64,000 nt of DNA from Nitrospira sp. (GTDB lineage Bacteria; Nitrospirota; Nitrospiria; Nitrospirales; Nitrospiraceae). The position numbers and the translations under genes are program-made. The stretch is from the NCBI GenBank assembly GCA_041742455.1, contig JBGSIO010000145.1, forward strand, positions 9,335 to 73,334. Reading direction: 5' to 3'. Positions 47,172 to 58,812 of this stretch are shown here, one piece after another. Position 1 is the stretch's first letter, and every line of letters starts with the position of its first letter. The notes beneath the pieces are model-generated. The model did not search any database. It was not told where the DNA came from and saw nothing but the letters and a program-made list of their open reading frames with translations.

Positions 47172-47972
47172 TCATGACTTAAAAAACACTCCACTCGTCT
47201 TCAACTCGAGCCTGATTGCATCATACTGCTGCAGTCGCTCGGCCACGTCAGTGACGTCTTCCGGTCGATCGACCCGCAGCGATGCATGCTTGGTTTCCCA
47301 CACGCGGATGCGAATCCCGTGGTCCAATGCACGGAGTTGTTCAAGCTTTTCGGCCTCTTCTAATCGACTTGTCGGCAGGGCCGCCAATCGAAGCAAGGTC
47401 TCCTTTGTGTAGATGTACAACCCCAGATGGATATAGTGGAGCCCTCCGACCACGTGGCTTCCCGAATCGTCGCGCACGAACGGGATCGGGGCTCGCGAAA
47501 AATACAGCGCCTCCCCTCGGGCATCGGCCACCACTTTGACCACTGAAGAATTAAGAAGGTCCTCCGTCGAGTCCATCACCCGCTTGAGCGTCCCCATGCC
47601 CGCTCCGCTTTCGAGAAACGGCTCGATAAGATCAGTCAATAGTTCAGGGTTTAAGGGGATCTCGTCGCCCTGTAAATCCAAGAAGTACTCTCCCGCAAAC
47701 ATACGAGCGACGGCAGCCACACGGTCCGTGCCGGTTCGGTACTCACCTGTGACAAGCAGTGCCCGACCGCCAAACCGCTCAACCGCCTGCTTGATTCGCT
47801 CATCATCCGTCGCCACCAATACTTCTGAGACCGCACGGCAAGCGACCGCCCTTTCATACACGTGCTGAATCAGCGGCTTGCCGTTGAGCGCGACAAGCGG
47901 CTTCCCTGGAAAACGGGAGGACCCATATCTGGCAGGAATCACAACCGTGACCGATCGTGAGACTTTAGTCAT
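47172..47972 (-). CDS. kdsB: CMP-KDO synthetase; true start about 47972
   Basis: VIPARYGSSRFPGKPL, TGTDRV, LEEAEKLEQLRAL. Confidence 0.95.
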   Translation of the reverse strand: MTKVSRSVTVVIPARYGSSRFPGKPLVALNGKPLIQHVYERAVACRAVSEVLVATDDERIKQAVERFGGRALLVTGEYRTGTDRVAAVARMFAGEYFLDLQGDEIPLNPELLTDLIEPFLESGAGMGTLKRVMDSTEDLLNSSVVKVVADARGEALYFSRAPIPFVRDDSGSHVVGGLHYIHLGLYIYTKETLLRLAALPTSRLEEAEKLEQLRALDHGIRIRVWETKHASLRVDRPEDVTDVAERLQQYDAIRLELKTSGVFFKS

Positions 47973-49032
47973 CTCCAAATGCCTCGGACAGTTGCTTTGG
48001 CGACACCGTTGCAGTCCCGACCATTCCCACGACGATCCCGGCTGCATAATTGGCCATCATCGCGCCCATCTTGATGCCGGCACCGGCTCCCAACGCCAAT
48101 GCGAGAGTCCCGATGACCGTATCGCCGGCACCGGTGACGTCGTAGACCTGTCGCGCCTTGGTGGGCAAATGCCACGAGACTCCATCCCCCTCGTACAGAC
48201 TCATTCCTTTTTCACCACGCGTGATCAGTACGGACTGGCACCCGAGTCGCTGACGGATCATGGCTCCCGCTTCATTGATCGTCTGATTGTCATCCCCATG
48301 CATGCCCGACGCCTGCGTCGCTTCAAGATGGTTCGGGGTGATGACGGTCACCCCCTTATAGAAATTGAAATGCTCGACTTTCGGATCGACAATCACCGGA
48401 ACCCTGCGCAACGCAGCAAGTCGGGTCATCTCAGACATCAATCCGGAAGACACGACTCCCTTGGCATAGTCTGACACGACGACACAGGACAACTCGCGCA
48501 GTTTTGATTCGATATACCGAAGAATCTTGTGCCGAAGGGCCGCTTTCAATTCGCTACGCCCTTCGATGTCATATCGGACAATCTGCTGGTTATGCGCGAT
48601 CACCCGACTCTTTTTGGTTGTGGGACGTTCACGATCGACGACAATCCCTCCAAGCGCGCCTCGCGTGTGCCCCAATTCTTTGACCAGCTGCTTCCCACTT
48701 TGATCAGCTCCGATCACACCGCACAGATGGGCTTTCCCTCCCAATGCCAAGATGTTGCTGTAGACGTTGGCGGCTCCACCCAGTCGAATGGACTCGGACT
48801 CGACATGGACGACGGGGACCGGCGCTTCCGGAGAGATCCGGCTCACCCTCCCCATCACATAATGATCAAGGATCAGGTCCCCAATGACCAGGACGGATGC
48901 CTGCGGGAACCGTTGAAGATACTGTCGAAGCTCTTTAGGCGAGGGAGTCTCACCGCCCCCCTTCGGCCCTTCGTTCGGACGCGGAGCTCCGCTGGTTTTC
49001 TTTACTGGATTGCCTTGCCGAATCGTTCCCAT
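47965..49032 (-). CDS. rfaE1: Heptose-7-phosphate kinase (RfaE domain I); start at or after 49032
   Basis: RISPEAPVPVV, LGGAANV, SDYAKG, VYDVTGAGDTV. Confidence 0.93.
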   Translation of the reverse strand: MGTIRQGNPVKKTSGAPRPNEGPKGGGETPSPKELRQYLQRFPQASVLVIGDLILDHYVMGRVSRISPEAPVPVVHVESESIRLGGAANVYSNILALGGKAHLCGVIGADQSGKQLVKELGHTRGALGGIVVDRERPTTKKSRVIAHNQQIVRYDIEGRSELKAALRHKILRYIESKLRELSCVVVSDYAKGVVSSGLMSEMTRLAALRRVPVIVDPKVEHFNFYKGVTVITPNHLEATQASGMHGDDNQTINEAGAMIRQRLGCQSVLITRGEKGMSLYEGDGVSWHLPTKARQVYDVTGAGDTVIGTLALALGAGAGIKMGAMMANYAAGIVVGMVGTATVSPKQLSEAFGDD

Positions 49033-49772
49033 CGAACCCACTCCGTCCAGTTCCCCTGCCCATTCCATGACCAATAGATTCGAAATGCCTTGCCCCGGAT
49101 CTTCTCTTCTCGCACATACCCCCAAAATCGGCTGTCCAGACTTTGGTCGCGATTATCGCCCATCACAAAATACGATCCTTCAGGGACCGTCACTGGTCCG
49201 AAATTATCACGTGGGTTGATGCTGCTATCGATCACTCCGGGATCGATTCGTTGGGTAAACGCTTTGTCGTCGAGCGGGTGACCGTTCACGATTACGACTT
49301 TGTTCCGAAGCTGGATGGTATCCCCTGGCAATCCCACGATTCGTTTTATGAAGTCCTTTTCTTCATCTTCAGGGAAGCGAAACACGACGATGTCGCCACG
49401 TTCCGGTTTGCCAAAAGCAATCACGGTGGTGGAGGTGTAGCAATTGACCGGCGGAAAGCTCCAGAGCATCTTGCAGTCCGTCGGCCACTGCAGACCATAG
49501 GACAACTTGCTGACCAGGATGTGATCGCCGATCTGCAAGGTGGGGATCATCGATCCCGATGGAATCTTAAACGCCTGCACCACGAATACACGAATCGCGA
49601 AGGCCAACAGCATGGCCACGATGATCGCTTCCGCGTACTCCCGGACAAGGGACTTACGTCCGACCTGATCCGCCTGGCCCCCAAGCTTGGCGCTGGAAAG
49701 CGCCGCTGGGTCTGCCGACCCCGATGAGCCGGACAGCTTCTCTACATTTCGCTGATTTGGATCGAGGCTCAT
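49002..49772 (-). CDS. lepB: Signal peptidase I; true start 49772 (ATGA overlap with lepA)
   Basis: [32 protein letters not shown]. Confidence 0.97.
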   Translation of the reverse strand: MSLDPNQRNVEKLSGSSGSADPAALSSAKLGGQADQVGRKSLVREYAEAIIVAMLLAFAIRVFVVQAFKIPSGSMIPTLQIGDHILVSKLSYGLQWPTDCKMLWSFPPVNCYTSTTVIAFGKPERGDIVVFRFPEDEEKDFIKRIVGLPGDTIQLRNKVVIVNGHPLDDKAFTQRIDPGVIDSSINPRDNFGPVTVPEGSYFVMGDNRDQSLDSRFWGYVREEKIRGKAFRIYWSWNGQGNWTEWVRWERFGKAIQ

Positions 49773-51568
49773 TCTTCCCCGACTCTCAGGATTGCGAGGA
49801 ACGCTTCCTGCGGGACCTCGACGCTGCCGACTGCTTTCATGCGCTTCTTTCCTTCCTTCTGCTTCTCTAACAACTTCCGTTTTCGCGTAATATCGCCGCC
49901 ATAGCATTTTGCCAGCACGTTCTTCTTCATCGCCCCGATGGTCTCACGCGCAACGATCTTACTCCCGATCGCCGCCTGAATGGCAATCTCGTACATCTGC
50001 CGTGGAATCAACTCCTTCATTTTCTCGGCAAGCTGACGTCCACGCTGGACCGAACGGTCTTTATGCGTGATAAACGACAACGCATCGACCGCTTCGCCGT
50101 TCAGGAGAATATCGAGCCTGACGAGATCGGACTCGCGGTAGCCGAGCACCTCGTAGTCGAGCGACGCATAACCCTGAGTGCGCGACTTGAGCTTATCGTA
50201 AAAATCGAGGATGACTTCGTTCAAGGGCAATTCATAACTGATCACGACCCTGGTTGGATCGAGAAAATGCAGCCCCTTCTGGATACCTCGGCGCTCCTGA
50301 CAGAGCTGGAGGATGGCCCCCATGTACCGCTCAGGCGTGATGATCGAGGCCAAAATAAACGGTTCTTCGAATGACTCGATGCTACTCGGAGGCGGAAGCT
50401 GTGACGGGTTATTGACCTCCAGGACGTCACCCTTCGTCGTGAGGACACGATAGACGACGGTCGGAGCGGTCGTGAGGAGGGTCAGATTGTATTCACGCTC
50501 AAGTCGTTCCTGAATGATTTCCATATGCAGCAGGCCCAAAAACCCACAGCGAAAACCGAACCCCAACGCGAGCGATGTCTCAGGTTCATAGGCGAAGGAG
50601 GAGTCGTTCAATCGCAATTTGATCAACGCATCGCGTAAATCTTCATATCGGCCGGTGTCGGTGGGATAGAGCCCACAGAAGACCAGCGGCTTGACCTCCT
50701 TGTATCCGGGAAACGGCGCAGCAGTCGGCACAACGGCGTCCGTCAGCGTATCACCGATTTTGACGTCGGCGACTTCCCTCATGTTGGCACAGAGGTACCC
50801 CACCTCGCCGGTCAGCAGTTCGGATTTCTTTGTTCGTTTAGGGGTGAACTGGCCGACTTCCATGACCTCAAACGTCCGGTTGTTCGACATGACTTTGATC
50901 TTCATGCCGGGCCGGATGAATCCGTCCACGAGCCGCGCAAGAACGATTACCCCCTGATAATTGTCGAACCAGGAGTCAAAAATAAGTGCCTTCAGCGGGG
51001 CTCGTGGATCACCGGAGGGAGGAGGAACCCTGGCAATGATCGCTTCCAACACTTCCGGTACGCCTTTGCCTTCCTTTGCACTGATGGGGAGGGCATCGTC
51101 GGCGTCGAGCTGGAGCACTTCAGAGATCGAGTGCTTCGTTCCTTCAATATCCGAACTCGCCAGATCAATCTTATTGATGACCGGGATAATGGTGAGGTTG
51201 TTGGCCATGGCCAAATTCACATTGGCAATGGTCTGCGCCTGCACCCCTTGCGTCGCGTCGACGAGCAACAGCGCCCCCTCACACGCCGCAAGGCTCCGTG
51301 AGACTTCATAGGTAAAATCGACGTGCCCGGGCGTATCGATCAAATGCAAGGCATACGTCTTCCCATCCTTCGCTCGGTACCTGATGGCCACTGCGTGGGC
51401 TTTGATCGTAATGCCACGTTCCCGCTCGAGATCCATGGCATCGAGGATCTGTTCTTTGGCCTCTCGAGCAGTGACTGCGCCAGTAGCTTCTAGGAACCGG
51501 TCAGCGAGGGTTGATTTGCCGTGATCGATATGAGCGATGATTGAAAAATTGCGTATAAGGCTTTGCAA
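49769..51568 (-). CDS. lepA: Elongation factor 4
   Basis: [38 protein letters not shown]. Confidence 0.98.
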   Translation of the reverse strand: MQSLIRNFSIIAHIDHGKSTLADRFLEATGAVTAREAKEQILDAMDLERERGITIKAHAVAIRYRAKDGKTYALHLIDTPGHVDFTYEVSRSLAACEGALLLVDATQGVQAQTIANVNLAMANNLTIIPVINKIDLASSDIEGTKHSISEVLQLDADDALPISAKEGKGVPEVLEAIIARVPPPSGDPRAPLKALIFDSWFDNYQGVIVLARLVDGFIRPGMKIKVMSNNRTFEVMEVGQFTPKRTKKSELLTGEVGYLCANMREVADVKIGDTLTDAVVPTAAPFPGYKEVKPLVFCGLYPTDTGRYEDLRDALIKLRLNDSSFAYEPETSLALGFGFRCGFLGLLHMEIIQERLEREYNLTLLTTAPTVVYRVLTTKGDVLEVNNPSQLPPPSSIESFEEPFILASIITPERYMGAILQLCQERRGIQKGLHFLDPTRVVISYELPLNEVILDFYDKLKSRTQGYASLDYEVLGYRESDLVRLDILLNGEAVDALSFITHKDRSVQRGRQLAEKMKELIPRQMYEIAIQAAIGSKIVARETIGAMKKNVLAKCYGGDITRKRKLLEKQKEGKKRMKAVGSVEVPQEAFLAILRVGEE

Positions 51569-51595
51569 ATCCTAGCTCATTCGTAAAATCGATTT

Positions 51596-51624
51596 ATTAT
51601 AGTTATTGCTTCGGAGGTTGTCAA
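51596..51624 (-). promoter_or_regulatory. Consensus sigma70 promoter of the lepA operon
   Basis: Minus strand TTGACA-N17-TATAAT. Confidence 0.85.
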
Positions 51625-51646
51625 AGACGTCACCCACCCTTATAAT
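51618..51646 (+). promoter_or_regulatory. Sigma70 promoter of bioA
   Basis: TTGTCA-N17-TATAAT; -35 overlaps the lepA -35. Confidence 0.8.
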
Positions 51647-51765
51647 CACGCGCCGCACCCGACCGATTATTTAGTCACGCGTCTTCTCTCCGCCATCGAT
51701 GATGATAGCGACCCTTCTTCACGATAGCCGAGCGCGCTGTGATACATGATGCATGTTGCAGAACC

Positions 51766-53133
51766 ATGGCACGACGACCCACAACCCGACAACTGATCGA
51801 CTGGGACCGTCGATATCTCTGGCATCCGTTTACCCAGATGCAAGAGTGGGAGCAAGAAAAGCCGCTCATCATCGAACGTGGCAAAGGTTCCTATCTCATA
51901 GATACAGAGGGGAAGAAATATCTCGACGGGACGTCATCCATTTGGGTAAACCTCCACGGGCATCGACATCCGGTTCTTGATCGTGCAATCAAGAAGCAAC
52001 TCGACAAGATTGCCCACTCGACGTTCCTGGGTCTCACCAATCCACCGGCCATTGAGCTAGCGCGCGAGTTGATTCGAATCGCTCCAAAGGGCCTCACCCG
52101 CGTCTTTTATTCCGACAACGGCTCGACGGCGGTTGAAATCGCGCTGAAGATGGCCGTCCAGTATTGGCAACAGCGGCATCCGAAGGCAGGCCCAAAGAAC
52201 ACGTTTCTGCACCTGAAACTGGCCTATCATGGGGATACGATCGGCGCGGTGAGCGTCGGCAACATTGAGTTGTTCCATTCACGCTTCAAGCCGCTGCTCT
52301 TCCCCACCGTGGAGGCGGAACCGCCTCACTGTTACCGCTGTCCGCTCCAACTCACCTACCCCTCTTGCCGGATGGCCTGCCTCGAACCGATCGAACAGGT
52401 GCTGAAAAGCCGCCATCGAGAACTGGCCGGATTCATCATCGAACCACTCATGCAGGCAGCTGCCGGCATGATTCCCCAGCCGGCCGGCTACTTGAAACGG
52501 ATTCGAGAGCTCTGTACGAAATACAATGTGCTCTTGATTGCTGACGAAGTCGCAACCGGTTTTGGACGAACCGGAAAGATGTTTGCGTGCGAGCACGAAA
52601 ACGTTACGCCTGATCTGATGGCCATCAGCAAGGGACTGACCGGCGGGTACATGCCGTTGGCGGTGACGTTGACGACCCATGAGATCTACCGAGGGTTTCT
52701 GGGGACCTATGGCGAGTTCAAGACCTTCTTCCATGGCCATAGTTTTACCGGCAATCCACTTGGATGTGCCCTTGCGCTCGCCAATCTCGGCATATTCAAG
52801 ACTGAAAAAACACTGGTCCGACTGCAAGTCAAAATCAAATTGCTCGCGCAACTCCTGCAGCCATTTCAGCACCTGTCTCATGTCGGCGACATCCGTCAGC
52901 GTGGACTCATGGCGGGAATCGAATTAGTCCAAGATAAGATCACGAAAAAATCCTATCCACTCAGTGTTACAGCTGGTCATCGCGTAGCGGCTACCGCCAG
53001 GTCCAAGGGGTTGATCTTGAGGCCAATTGGTAACGTGCTCGTGCTCATACCGCCACTATCGACAACTGTCGAAGAATTGAAGAAAACGGTGGAAATCCTC
53101 GCCGAATCGATAGAAACCCTACGCATCGACTGA
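51766..53133 (+). CDS. bioA: DAPA aminotransferase; likely start 51766
   Basis: WHPFTQM, YSDNGSTAVEIALKMA, YHGDT, SKGLTGGY, HGHSFTGNPL. Confidence 0.97.
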   Translation: MARRPTTRQLIDWDRRYLWHPFTQMQEWEQEKPLIIERGKGSYLIDTEGKKYLDGTSSIWVNLHGHRHPVLDRAIKKQLDKIAHSTFLGLTNPPAIELARELIRIAPKGLTRVFYSDNGSTAVEIALKMAVQYWQQRHPKAGPKNTFLHLKLAYHGDTIGAVSVGNIELFHSRFKPLLFPTVEAEPPHCYRCPLQLTYPSCRMACLEPIEQVLKSRHRELAGFIIEPLMQAAAGMIPQPAGYLKRIRELCTKYNVLLIADEVATGFGRTGKMFACEHENVTPDLMAISKGLTGGYMPLAVTLTTHEIYRGFLGTYGEFKTFFHGHSFTGNPLGCALALANLGIFKTEKTLVRLQVKIKLLAQLLQPFQHLSHVGDIRQRGLMAGIELVQDKITKKSYPLSVTAGHRVAATARSKGLILRPIGNVLVLIPPLSTTVEELKKTVEILAESIETLRID

Positions 53134-53213
53134 GTGTCGCCTACTTCACCTGCTCACTTCCGTTTGCCGGTCATGTCTCCGATCACATCGACAGGGTCAT
53201 AGGATAACGTCTT

Positions 53214-54014
53214 TCAACAGAGTCGTACTTCCTGGCCCACGTCGACTTGCAGACATCGCGCCGCGCTCTCTTCCTGCAGAAAGATTTCCAAGAATCCACC
53301 ACTATTGATCAACGCGGCAGGACTCTCTCCATCCCCTTGACTGTAGTTACCCACTAACTTGGTCACGATGTGTGTTCCAATATGGATCTCGATCTTTGCC
53401 AGACCAATGGTTGCCTGAAATTCCCGTATCTGCTTCGCCGTGACATTTGAGATCAGATTACCGAATCGATCAATATACTCAATCCTTCCAATCAAGATTT
53501 GATCTTGCTGCTGAGGCGCCCATACCAGGCTTTTCATGGGATCATTAATCACCGGACCAAAAAATGAAGGCGGCTCCCCACTGGCAAGCAAGGCAGCGAC
53601 CGGCGCGAACAGATCACGTCCGTCAAACGTACCCCCTTCTGAAGGGAGCCGATAGCGCGCCTCCTCGATCTGCCGAATGATGACGTCCTGCTCATGCTCC
53701 AGGACGTGGCTGAGCAAGCCGTTATCCGGCGCCAAAAAACTATAGCGTGACGTGGTCGCAAGGATCGCCCGCCTGGTGCTTCCGACGCCGGGGTCCACAA
53801 CACAGACATAGATCGTACCGTCCGGGAAATGGCGGTAACAGGCGCCGAGCACATAGCTGGCGTCATCGATCTGATGCGAAGGAATTTGATGGGAGATATC
53901 TACGACCCTGGCATTGGGGTGGATGGTCAAGATCACACCCTTCATGCTCGCGACGAACCAGTCACGCTCACCGAAATCTGTCAGCAGGGCAATGAGAGGG
54001 CGTGACGCCGGCAC
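53214..54014 (-). CDS. SAM hydroxide adenosyltransferase/chlorinase-fluorinase family (DUF62); start about 54014 (track 54056)
   Basis: IALLTDFG, VVDPGVGSTRR, TFDGRDLFAP, IDRFGNL. Confidence 0.9.
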   Translation of the reverse strand: MPASRPLIALLTDFGERDWFVASMKGVILTIHPNARVVDISHQIPSHQIDDASYVLGACYRHFPDGTIYVCVVDPGVGSTRRAILATTSRYSFLAPDNGLLSHVLEHEQDVIIRQIEEARYRLPSEGGTFDGRDLFAPVAALLASGEPPSFFGPVINDPMKSLVWAPQQQDQILIGRIEYIDRFGNLISNVTAKQIREFQATIGLAKIEIHIGTHIVTKLVGNYSQGDGESPAALINSGGFLEIFLQEESAARCLQVDVGQEVRLC

Positions 54015-54015
54015 G

Positions 54016-54492
54016 TCAGCATTCCTCGAATTTGATCTCCACAACCTCGTATTCAACCATCTTCACAGGAGTTTTGACTTCGACAAAGTCTCCGACTCGC
54101 TTACCGATCAGTGCCCGCCCGACCGGAGACTGTACGGAGATCTTGTTGAACTTCATATCGGCTTCGTCTTGACCGACCAACGTGTACTGCTTCTTGTCTT
54201 GCGACTCTTGTTCCACGACCAACACCGTTGCGCCAAAGACAATGGTATCGCTCGTGCGTCCCGCGATTTCAACGATGCGGGCCTCCGCCAGTTTCGTCTC
54301 CAGTTCCGAGATTCTTGACTCGATGAATCCTTGGCGTTCTTTGGCCGCGTCGTACTCGGCGTTCTCACTAAGGTCTCCATGCGCTCTCGCCTCCGCGATC
54401 GCCTCAATCACCTTCGGCCGCTCGATTTTCCGCAGGCGACCCAACTCCGCCTTGAGTGCGTCATAGCCTTTCTTCGTAATTGGTGTGGGCAT
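54016..54492 (-). CDS. greA: Transcription elongation factor GreA
   Basis: HGDLSENAEYDAAKE, ISVQSPVGRALIG. Confidence 0.97.
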   Translation of the reverse strand: MPTPITKKGYDALKAELGRLRKIERPKVIEAIAEARAHGDLSENAEYDAAKERQGFIESRISELETKLAEARIVEIAGRTSDTIVFGATVLVVEQESQDKKQYTLVGQDEADMKFNKISVQSPVGRALIGKRVGDFVEVKTPVKMVEYEVVEIKFEEC

Positions 54493-54514
54493 GCTCCGCT
54501 CGCTCCTGGACGAT

Positions 54515-57500
54515 TTATGCTTGATGATACTCTTGCAGTGAACGGATCGATAGAGTTTTTTTCAAGATGGCTTCAATTCCCATCGCCGCCGCATGGGCGC
54601 CACGCATCGTGGTAAAATACGGAATGCCTCGATGCAATGCCTCCCTTCTGATCGACAAGGAGTCGGCATGAGCCGAAGCAGTTCGCACCGTATTGACCAC
54701 GAGCGCTACTGAACCATTTTTAATGTGATCGACGATATGAGGCCTCCCTTCAGCCACCTTATTCACAACTTCTACAGAAAGCCCGTGCTCGCGCAAGTAT
54801 CCCGCTGTTCCACTCGTTCCTTGAATGCGCATCCCTAGCCTGTTCAGTACCTTACCGACCTCAAGAGCCGCCGGGCGATCGGATTCTTTCACGCTGATAA
54901 ACGCCGTCCCCACCGTGGGAAGGCCTGCCCCCGCTCCCGCTTGCGATTTCGCAAACGCCCATCCAAAATCGCCATCGATCCCCATCACTTCGCCGGTCGA
55001 CTTCATCTCGGGCCCCAACAACACATCCACACCGGGAAATTTATTAAACGGGAAGACGGCTTCTTTCACCGAGAAGTGCTCGGGTAGAGGGGCGCTGGTA
55101 AATCCGAGTTCCTTGAGAGTTTTTCCCATCATGACTTTCATGGCTAACTTTGCGAGCGGCACGCCTATCGCTTTGCTGACGAACGGCACGGTTCGAGACC
55201 CCCGTGGATTCACCTCGAGCACGTAGATCGTCCGACCTTTCACGGCAAATTGCGCATTCATCAGACCGATGACCCCAAGCTCCAAGGCCAGCATGCGCAT
55301 TTGACGCTCAATCTCGCTCACAATGGCTTTATCCAAGGTGTATGGAGGGAGTGAGCAGGCGGAGTCGCCGGAATGCACACCCGCCTCCTCGATATGTTCC
55401 ATGATACCCGCCACAACCACGGTGTCTCCGTCGGAAATGGCATCCGCATCGACCTCGATCGCATCGGCCAGATACTTATCAATCAACACCGGATGCTTGG
55501 GGGACGCCTTCACCGCTGATTGCATATACTCCAACAAGCCGGATTCGTCATAGACGATCTGCATCGAACGCCCGCCCAAGACGTACGACGGTCTGACCAT
55601 GACCGGGTAACTGACCCTTCCAGCAATCTGCACCGCCTCTTTAACCGACCGAGCCATTCCGCTTTCCGCCTGCCGCAATCCCAACCTCGTCAGAAGCTCC
55701 CGGAATCGTTCTCGGTCTTCGGCTAAATCGATGGCATCCGGGCTTGTACCAAGAATCTTCACACCCGCCTTCGACAACGGTAGAGCGAGTTTCAAGGGCG
55801 TCTGACCGCCAAACTGCAAGACGACTCCGATCGGCTGCTCGCGATGGATCAGATTCAGCACATCTTCCTGCGTGAGTGGCTCAAAATAAAGTCGATCAGA
55901 TGTATCGTAATCCGTACTCACGGTTTCCGGATTGCAGTTCACCATGATCGTATCGATCCCATCTTCTCGAAGTGCCATCGCCGCATGGACACAACAATAG
56001 TCGAACTCAATTCCTTGTCCGATGCGATTCGGCCCGCCACCGAGAATCACCACTTTTTCCCGGTCAGAGGGTCGAGCTTCACACTCTCTCCCATACGTTG
56101 AATATAAGTATGGAGTTTGTGCCTCGAATTCCGCCGCGCAGGTATCCACTCGCTTATAGGTGACCCCTCGTGTCGGATGTTGCATGCGCGCCCTGGTGAC
56201 CTCGGACACCTCACATCCCAGCAGGTGCGCGATGCGATCATCGGAAAACCCCAGCTCTTTCGCGTCCCAGAGTAGCGTCCCGTCCAATACTGAACCTGGA
56301 TCGGCGGCATGATCGACAAGTACGCGTTCAAAATCAATCAACTCCCTTACCTGCGCCAGGAACCAGGGATCGACCATGGTCGTGGCAAACAGCTCTTCGT
56401 CCGTCAATCCGAGTCGCATGGCATCAGCGAGGTACCAGAGCCGTTCCGGAATCGGGCTGCGAAGCATACGTTCAAGTTTTTCCTTCGCCGCCTGTCGATC
56501 AAACTCGGCCGGTATGCCCCGATCAATCCCAAACCGGGAAACCAAGCCGTTCAGTTCTAATTCGAGCGACCGAATGGCCTTCTGCAAGGATTCCTTGAAC
56601 GTCCTTCCGATGGCCATCACTTCGCCGACCGACTTCATTTGTGTGGTCAAGGTCGGATCGGCCCCCTTGAACTTTTGGAATGCAAACCGAGGAATTTTGA
56701 CCACCACATAGTCGATCGCCGGTTCAAAAGAAGCTTTGGTGACACCGGTAATATCATTGGTGATTTCATCCAAGGTGTATCCGACGGCAAGCTTGGCGGC
56801 AATTTTTGCGATCGGGAATCCGGTCGCCTTGGACGCCAGCGCCGAACTGCGCGACACCCGAGGGTTCATTTCAATGACGACCATCTCCCCGTTCGCCGGA
56901 TTGACGCCGAACTGAATGTTCGAGCCACCTGTATCGACGCCGATCTCCCGAATCACACGAAGAGCCGCGTCACGCATGCGTTGATATTCTTTGTCTGTCA
57001 ATGTCATCGCGGGCGCAACAGTGATGCTATCTCCAGTATGCACGCCCATCGGATCGAAATTTTCAATCGGACACACGATGACGACATTGTCTTTGAGATC
57101 CCGCATGACCTCGAGTTCATATTCTTTCCATCCGATAACCGACTCTTCGATCAACACTTGGCTGACTGGGCTCATCGCCAGCGCCCAATCGATCAATTTC
57201 TCGAATTCTTCTCGGTTGTATGCGATATTTCCGCCGGTGCCTCCCATCGTAAAGGACGGTCGAATGATCGCCGGAAATCCCACCGTCTCCAGAATGGCCA
57301 CGGCTTCCTGCCGATTGTGTGCCGTGCCGCTCGTTGGTACTCGGAGGCCGATTCGCTGCATGGCCAGCTTAAACGCTTCCCGATCCTCGGCTTTATGAAT
57401 GGCTTCTGCCGAGGCACCGATGAGCTTCACACCATATTTCTCAAGAACTCCTTGCTTCACTAAACCCATCGTGGTGTTGAGAGCCGTTTGGCCACCCATG

Positions 57501-57766
57501 GTCGGAAGCAAGGCATCGGGACGCTCACGAGCAATCACGCGCTCAACCACCTCGACGGTGATCGGCTCCACATACGTTCGATCAGCCATCTCCGGATCCG
57601 TCATGATCGTAGCCGGATTGCTGTTGATCAGAATGATTCGGTAGCCTTCTGCCTTGAGCGCTTTGCAGGCCTGGGTCCCGGAATAATCGAACTCGCAGGC
57701 TTGACCGATGACGATCGGGCCAGACCCGATCATGAGGATTGACTGAATGTCCGTTCGTTTTGGCAT
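54515..57766 (-). CDS. carB: Carbamoyl-phosphate synthase large subunit
   Basis: [17 protein letters not shown], duplicated ATP-grasp, MGS domain. Confidence 0.98.
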   Translation of the reverse strand: MPKRTDIQSILMIGSGPIVIGQACEFDYSGTQACKALKAEGYRIILINSNPATIMTDPEMADRTYVEPITVEVVERVIARERPDALLPTMGGQTALNTTMGLVKQGVLEKYGVKLIGASAEAIHKAEDREAFKLAMQRIGLRVPTSGTAHNRQEAVAILETVGFPAIIRPSFTMGGTGGNIAYNREEFEKLIDWALAMSPVSQVLIEESVIGWKEYELEVMRDLKDNVVIVCPIENFDPMGVHTGDSITVAPAMTLTDKEYQRMRDAALRVIREIGVDTGGSNIQFGVNPANGEMVVIEMNPRVSRSSALASKATGFPIAKIAAKLAVGYTLDEITNDITGVTKASFEPAIDYVVVKIPRFAFQKFKGADPTLTTQMKSVGEVMAIGRTFKESLQKAIRSLELELNGLVSRFGIDRGIPAEFDRQAAKEKLERMLRSPIPERLWYLADAMRLGLTDEELFATTMVDPWFLAQVRELIDFERVLVDHAADPGSVLDGTLLWDAKELGFSDDRIAHLLGCEVSEVTRARMQHPTRGVTYKRVDTCAAEFEAQTPYLYSTYGRECEARPSDREKVVILGGGPNRIGQGIEFDYCCVHAAMALREDGIDTIMVNCNPETVSTDYDTSDRLYFEPLTQEDVLNLIHREQPIGVVLQFGGQTPLKLALPLSKAGVKILGTSPDAIDLAEDRERFRELLTRLGLRQAESGMARSVKEAVQIAGRVSYPVMVRPSYVLGGRSMQIVYDESGLLEYMQSAVKASPKHPVLIDKYLADAIEVDADAISDGDTVVVAGIMEHIEEAGVHSGDSACSLPPYTLDKAIVSEIERQMRMLALELGVIGLMNAQFAVKGRTIYVLEVNPRGSRTVPFVSKAIGVPLAKLAMKVMMGKTLKELGFTSAPLPEHFSVKEAVFPFNKFPGVDVLLGPEMKSTGEVMGIDGDFGWAFAKSQAGAGAGLPTVGTAFISVKESDRPAALEVGKVLNRLGMRIQGTSGTAGYLREHGLSVEVVNKVAEGRPHIVDHIKNGSVALVVNTVRTASAHADSLSIRREALHRGIPYFTTMRGAHAAAMGIEAILKKTLSIRSLQEYHQA

Positions 57767-57784
57767 CGTGTCGTGATCGTTGAC

Positions 57785-58762
57785 TCAGCTAGATGGTGGC
57801 ATAGGCCCAATCAGTGGCTGATAGGGGGCCGGCACAGGTCGCACACCCCCCTGCGCCGCATCGTAGTGCTTCAGCGCTTCAGGGATCCAGGCTTCAATTT
57901 GGTTGATGCGCGCGATATCGGAAGGGTGCGTGGAAAGAAACTCCGGAATATTATGCTGCGACCGAAAACAGACCTTATTGATCATTTGCCTTGGACATCC
58001 ACTCATCCGCTCCCAGAATGGGACCGCTTCCCGAGGATCATAGCCGGCCTGCGCCATCAGCTTGAGTCCGATGTAGTCCGCTTCAGACTCCTGTTTTCGT
58101 CCGAACGGCAATGACACCCCCACCCCATAAGCACTCATCGCCGCCATCGCGGCATCCGGGCGACCGACGGCAGCACCAGCTGCAAGCGCGCCGACTTGTC
58201 CGATCATTTCAAGGATGCTCCGGCTGTACCGCTCGGCTCCATGACGCTGAAGCGCATGCGCCACCTCATGCCCGATCACCGTTGCTAAGCCGTCCTCGTT
58301 CTTGGTCAGCTTCAAAATCCCCGTGAAGATCGCCACCTTCCCACCCGGTAAGGCGAACGCGTTGATGGTGCGATCGTCCTTGATGATGGCAAACTCCCAT
58401 TGATATTCCGGTTTATTCGCGACTGCCGCGATACGTCTCCCGACCCGATTGACCATCTCATTCAACGCCAAATCGTCACTGACAGGCGCTTTGCGTAGTA
58501 ACTCACGGTACGCGCCGATCCCCATGGCAATTTCTTTCTCCTCGGATATGTAGATAAATTGATCCCGTGCTGTGCCCGGCGCCCGCACGCATCCCGTCAG
58601 AGTTGGGACCAGTCCGCCAGCAGTCGCTATGCTGAAGAGCCAGCTGAAGCCAGCCAGCCATCGGGCCCCACGTTGCAACAAGGCTCGGCGCCCAATGATG
58701 GTTGAGCACAACGTGTCGATCTTCTGATCTATCCCCTGTTCCATTTCGATTCTCTGGATCAC
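57785..58762 (-). CDS. M48-family metallopeptidase, probable Tat-exported lipoprotein
   Basis: GRRALL, LTGC lipobox, NAFALPGG, HEVAH, EADYIG, FLSTHP. Confidence 0.9.
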   Translation of the reverse strand: MIQRIEMEQGIDQKIDTLCSTIIGRRALLQRGARWLAGFSWLFSIATAGGLVPTLTGCVRAPGTARDQFIYISEEKEIAMGIGAYRELLRKAPVSDDLALNEMVNRVGRRIAAVANKPEYQWEFAIIKDDRTINAFALPGGKVAIFTGILKLTKNEDGLATVIGHEVAHALQRHGAERYSRSILEMIGQVGALAAGAAVGRPDAAMAAMSAYGVGVSLPFGRKQESEADYIGLKLMAQAGYDPREAVPFWERMSGCPRQMINKVCFRSQHNIPEFLSTHPSDIARINQIEAWIPEALKHYDAAQGGVRPVPAPYQPLIGPMPPSS

Positions 58763-58812
58763 AGCCGATCATCATTATAGTACCATTCATAGGGATCGGC
58801 GCCTTGCGTTCA

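Noticed and set aside
51766-54014. Functional link between bioA and the SAM hydroxide adenosyltransferase (both use SAM)
   Set aside because: The genes are convergent; the DUF62 gene is coupled to greA/carB, so adjacency is probably incidental.
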